From Bacteriovoracaceae bacterium (lineage in GTDB: Bacteria > Bdellovibrionota > Bacteriovoracia > Bacteriovoracales > Bacteriovoracaceae), in the NCBI GenBank assembly GCA_049599895.1, contig JBMYPC010000056.1, forward strand, positions 1 to 19,212: a stretch of DNA of 19,212 nt, written 5' to 3'. A program made the translations under genes and the position numbers. The notes beneath the pieces were generated by a model that was not told where the DNA came from, searched no databases, and saw nothing but the letters and a program-made list of their open reading frames with translations. This document shows, in pieces, positions 17,212 to 19,212 of the stretch; positions within the stretch are counted from its first letter, which is position 1; each line of letters begins with the position of its first letter.

Positions 17212-18695
17212 ATGCCCGAATCAAATATCTTTTTCTCTTTTTTTTAATGGCCTTTACTGTTGCAACAACAACTCAGGCCAATCTTTATAAACATTCCTTT
17301 AGAAGATGTTTGTTACTTCCCATTCAAGATCAAGTGGGTGGCGCTATTGGCTTTGGTGTTTTTCAAGATGTTGAAAACTATCTGAAAAATAGTGATTGGT
17401 GTTTTTATAAACATAATTCTGAAATTCTTAATATCCTTTCAAACTATCGGAACAATCTTGATTCACATCTTGAAAATCCTGATGTTCTTAGTATTCTTGC
17501 GGATAAAATTAGGGCAGGTTCAATCATTCGTATTCGTTTAAAAAGAGAGCTTAAAAGAATTACTGTTGAGTTAAATATTCTTGCTGATAACGGAAAAGAT
17601 ATTCTCTTTCGAAATAAAGTGGCTGCCGAAAATGATCGCATCGAAGTTCTTTCCCAAACTGTAAAAAACTGGCTTGATATTTATAAAAACCAGATTCCTT
17701 ATGATGGTCGAGTGACAGGGGTTCTAGGAAACCAATTCACAATTGATATTGGAAAAAACTTTGGACTTTATCAAAATGCAAAGATCACGATTTTAAGACC
17801 AACAAAAAGAAAAAAACATCCTCTACTGAAAGAAGTCGTCTCATTTCAATCCGTCAAAATAGCTGAGGGACTAATTTTCCATGTTAATGAGTTTCAAGGG
17901 CATGGGAATGTAAAGGTTTATGAGGGAAAAAATAAAGTTGGTGTTAATGACTGGATTATAATTGATAAGCTTGATCAAAGCATGACAAAAAATGATGAAA
18001 AATTTCAAGATCCTAAAAAATACAGTTTTGGAAAGATTGGGAAGGTCGGAATAGGTCCTCTTTTTTCATCGGGGAGCGCCACTTGGAATAATGGGGGAGT
18101 TGAAACTCGTGAGATTTCAACACTTCTTTATGGCCTAAGTTTAAATGGAGAGCTTTGGTTAACTCGTGAATATATTGTGGGCTTAAGTATTGAAAAGTTA
18201 TTTGGAGGTTATGAAGAAGAACAAGGAACAATCATTTTAAACAGCAATGATGGTGATCCTCTTTTCACAAAACTCTATGCCGGATACAAATATCTTCCCA
18301 TGGGATTTTTCTACGGCCCGCAGGTTGATGGTTATATCGGCTATAAATCTAATAAGTATAACTTTTCCACATCAGATGGATTTACTTCTTACTCACTTTC
18401 AGGTCTTCTCGTTGGGGCAAAGGGAAATGTTCCTCTTCATAAGCTTGTTCGAATGTACCTTTTTATGGATTTTCTTATCACAAGTTCTTATTCTGAGGAC
18501 GGCTCACTTTATGGAGAGGAAGACTCAAGCTCAAACTATGAACTAGGGCTTGGGGTGAATTATATGTGGGAGCCGAAAATTGATATTGAAGGCTACTTTA
18601 AAATCAATTCAACTGAAGTAAAGTTTAGAAACCCTACAACAACTCTAACTACTAAAGAGACCAGTCTAGGGGTTAAGGCAAACTTTACTTTTTAA
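17208..18695 (+). CDS. Exported protein with periplasmic N-terminal domains and a C-terminal outer-membrane beta-barrel
   Basis: Signal peptide; middle segment GRVTGVLGNQFTIDIGKNFGL..AKITILR resembling FlgT C-terminal-type domains; alternating beta-strands with Gly and aromatic residues in the last ~220 aa; terminal LGVKANFTF (BAM-type Phe). ATGA overlap with the upstream gene. Confidence 0.75.
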   Translation: MNARIKYLFLFFLMAFTVATTTQANLYKHSFRRCLLLPIQDQVGGAIGFGVFQDVENYLKNSDWCFYKHNSEILNILSNYRNNLDSHLENPDVLSILADKIRAGSIIRIRLKRELKRITVELNILADNGKDILFRNKVAAENDRIEVLSQTVKNWLDIYKNQIPYDGRVTGVLGNQFTIDIGKNFGLYQNAKITILRPTKRKKHPLLKEVVSFQSVKIAEGLIFHVNEFQGHGNVKVYEGKNKVGVNDWIIIDKLDQSMTKNDEKFQDPKKYSFGKIGKVGIGPLFSSGSATWNNGGVETREISTLLYGLSLNGELWLTREYIVGLSIEKLFGGYEEEQGTIILNSNDGDPLFTKLYAGYKYLPMGFFYGPQVDGYIGYKSNKYNFSTSDGFTSYSLSGLLVGAKGNVPLHKLVRMYLFMDFLITSSYSEDGSLYGEEDSSSNYELGLGVNYMWEPKIDIEGYFKINSTEVKFRNPTTTLTTKETSLGVKANFTF

Positions 18696-18709
18696 TTTGG
18701 AATACAGAA

Positions 18710-19212
18710 ATGGATCGACAAAAATTTCTTGAGCAAGAGATCTTAAGACATAAAGAGCTTTATTATAAAGGAACTCCAGAAGTTTCTGATGCAGATTTTG
18801 ATAAGCTTGAAGATGAACTTAAAAAGTTAAACCCAGATAATCCTGTTTTAAATGTTGTCGGAACCAAGGTTTCAAATACCAATAAAATTGCCCATGAAAC
18901 GAAAATGCTCTCTCTTGATAAAACCTATTCAAAAGATGATCTTGTAAAATGGGTAGAAGAGAATGAGACACTTTCGATGTTTAAAATCGATGGTGTAAGC
19001 TGCTCATTAATTTATGAAGATGGAAAGCTCATCCTTGGAAAGACCAGAGGCGATGGATCTTTTGGTGAGGACATTACAGATAAGATTCTTTGGATTGACT
19101 CGATTCCCAAAACAATTGCTGCAAAAGAAAAACTTGAAATTCGTGGGGAGCTTTATTGTACCGAAAGTGACTTTTTCCACCTCTCTGAAGAATTTCAAAA
19201 ACTTAATTTAGA
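18710..19212 (+). CDS. ligA: NAD-dependent DNA ligase, 3'-truncated by the window edge
   Basis: Manual translation from ATG 18710: MDRQKFLEQEILRHKELYYKGTPEVSDADFDKL..HETKMLSLDK..FKIDGVSCSLIYEDG..KTRGDGSFGEDIT..LEIRGELY. This contains domain Ia, KxDG, TRGDG and EIRGE. There is no stop codon before the window end, so the ORF track omits it. Confidence 0.96.
   Translation, partial: MDRQKFLEQEILRHKELYYKGTPEVSDADFDKLEDELKKLNPDNPVLNVVGTKVSNTNKIAHETKMLSLDKTYSKDDLVKWVEENETLSMFKIDGVSCSLIYEDGKLILGKTRGDGSFGEDITDKILWIDSIPKTIAAKEKLEIRGELYCTESDFFHLSEEFQKLNL

Noticed and set aside
19007..19211. ORF-track entries 19007..19198 (-) and 19014..19211 (+)
   Set aside because: Shadow frames of ligA, which occupies another frame from 18710.

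Overview
AT-rich bacterial chromosome segment that is probably close to the replication origin. Gene order on +: rsmG (5'-truncated, with a parS palindrome inside its 3' end), parA, parB, bactofilin, lemA, two TPM-domain genes, a 468-bp intergenic gap, then a partial F-type ATP synthase operon (b', b, delta, alpha, gamma, beta, epsilon; no a, c or atpI here). Next come a 782-aa exported hypothetical protein, a lipoprotein trypsin-like protease converging on a minus-strand patatin-like hydrolase, and a probable operon of an HTH/coiled-coil protein, an outer-membrane beta-barrel protein and ligA (3'-truncated, missed by the ORF track). Gene order and composition suggest Bdellovibrionota, possibly Bacteriovoracia-like (inference only). 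The most unusual signal is non-coding. A GC-rich three-hairpin element occurs twice in opposite orientation (9082-9138 +, 16756-16810 -), and all 7 differences between the 37-nt cores fall on predicted paired positions, including two compensatory pairs. This makes it a candidate structured RNA or REP-like family. Other large hairpins follow parS and atpC. No CRISPR array, tRNA, rRNA or transposase was seen.
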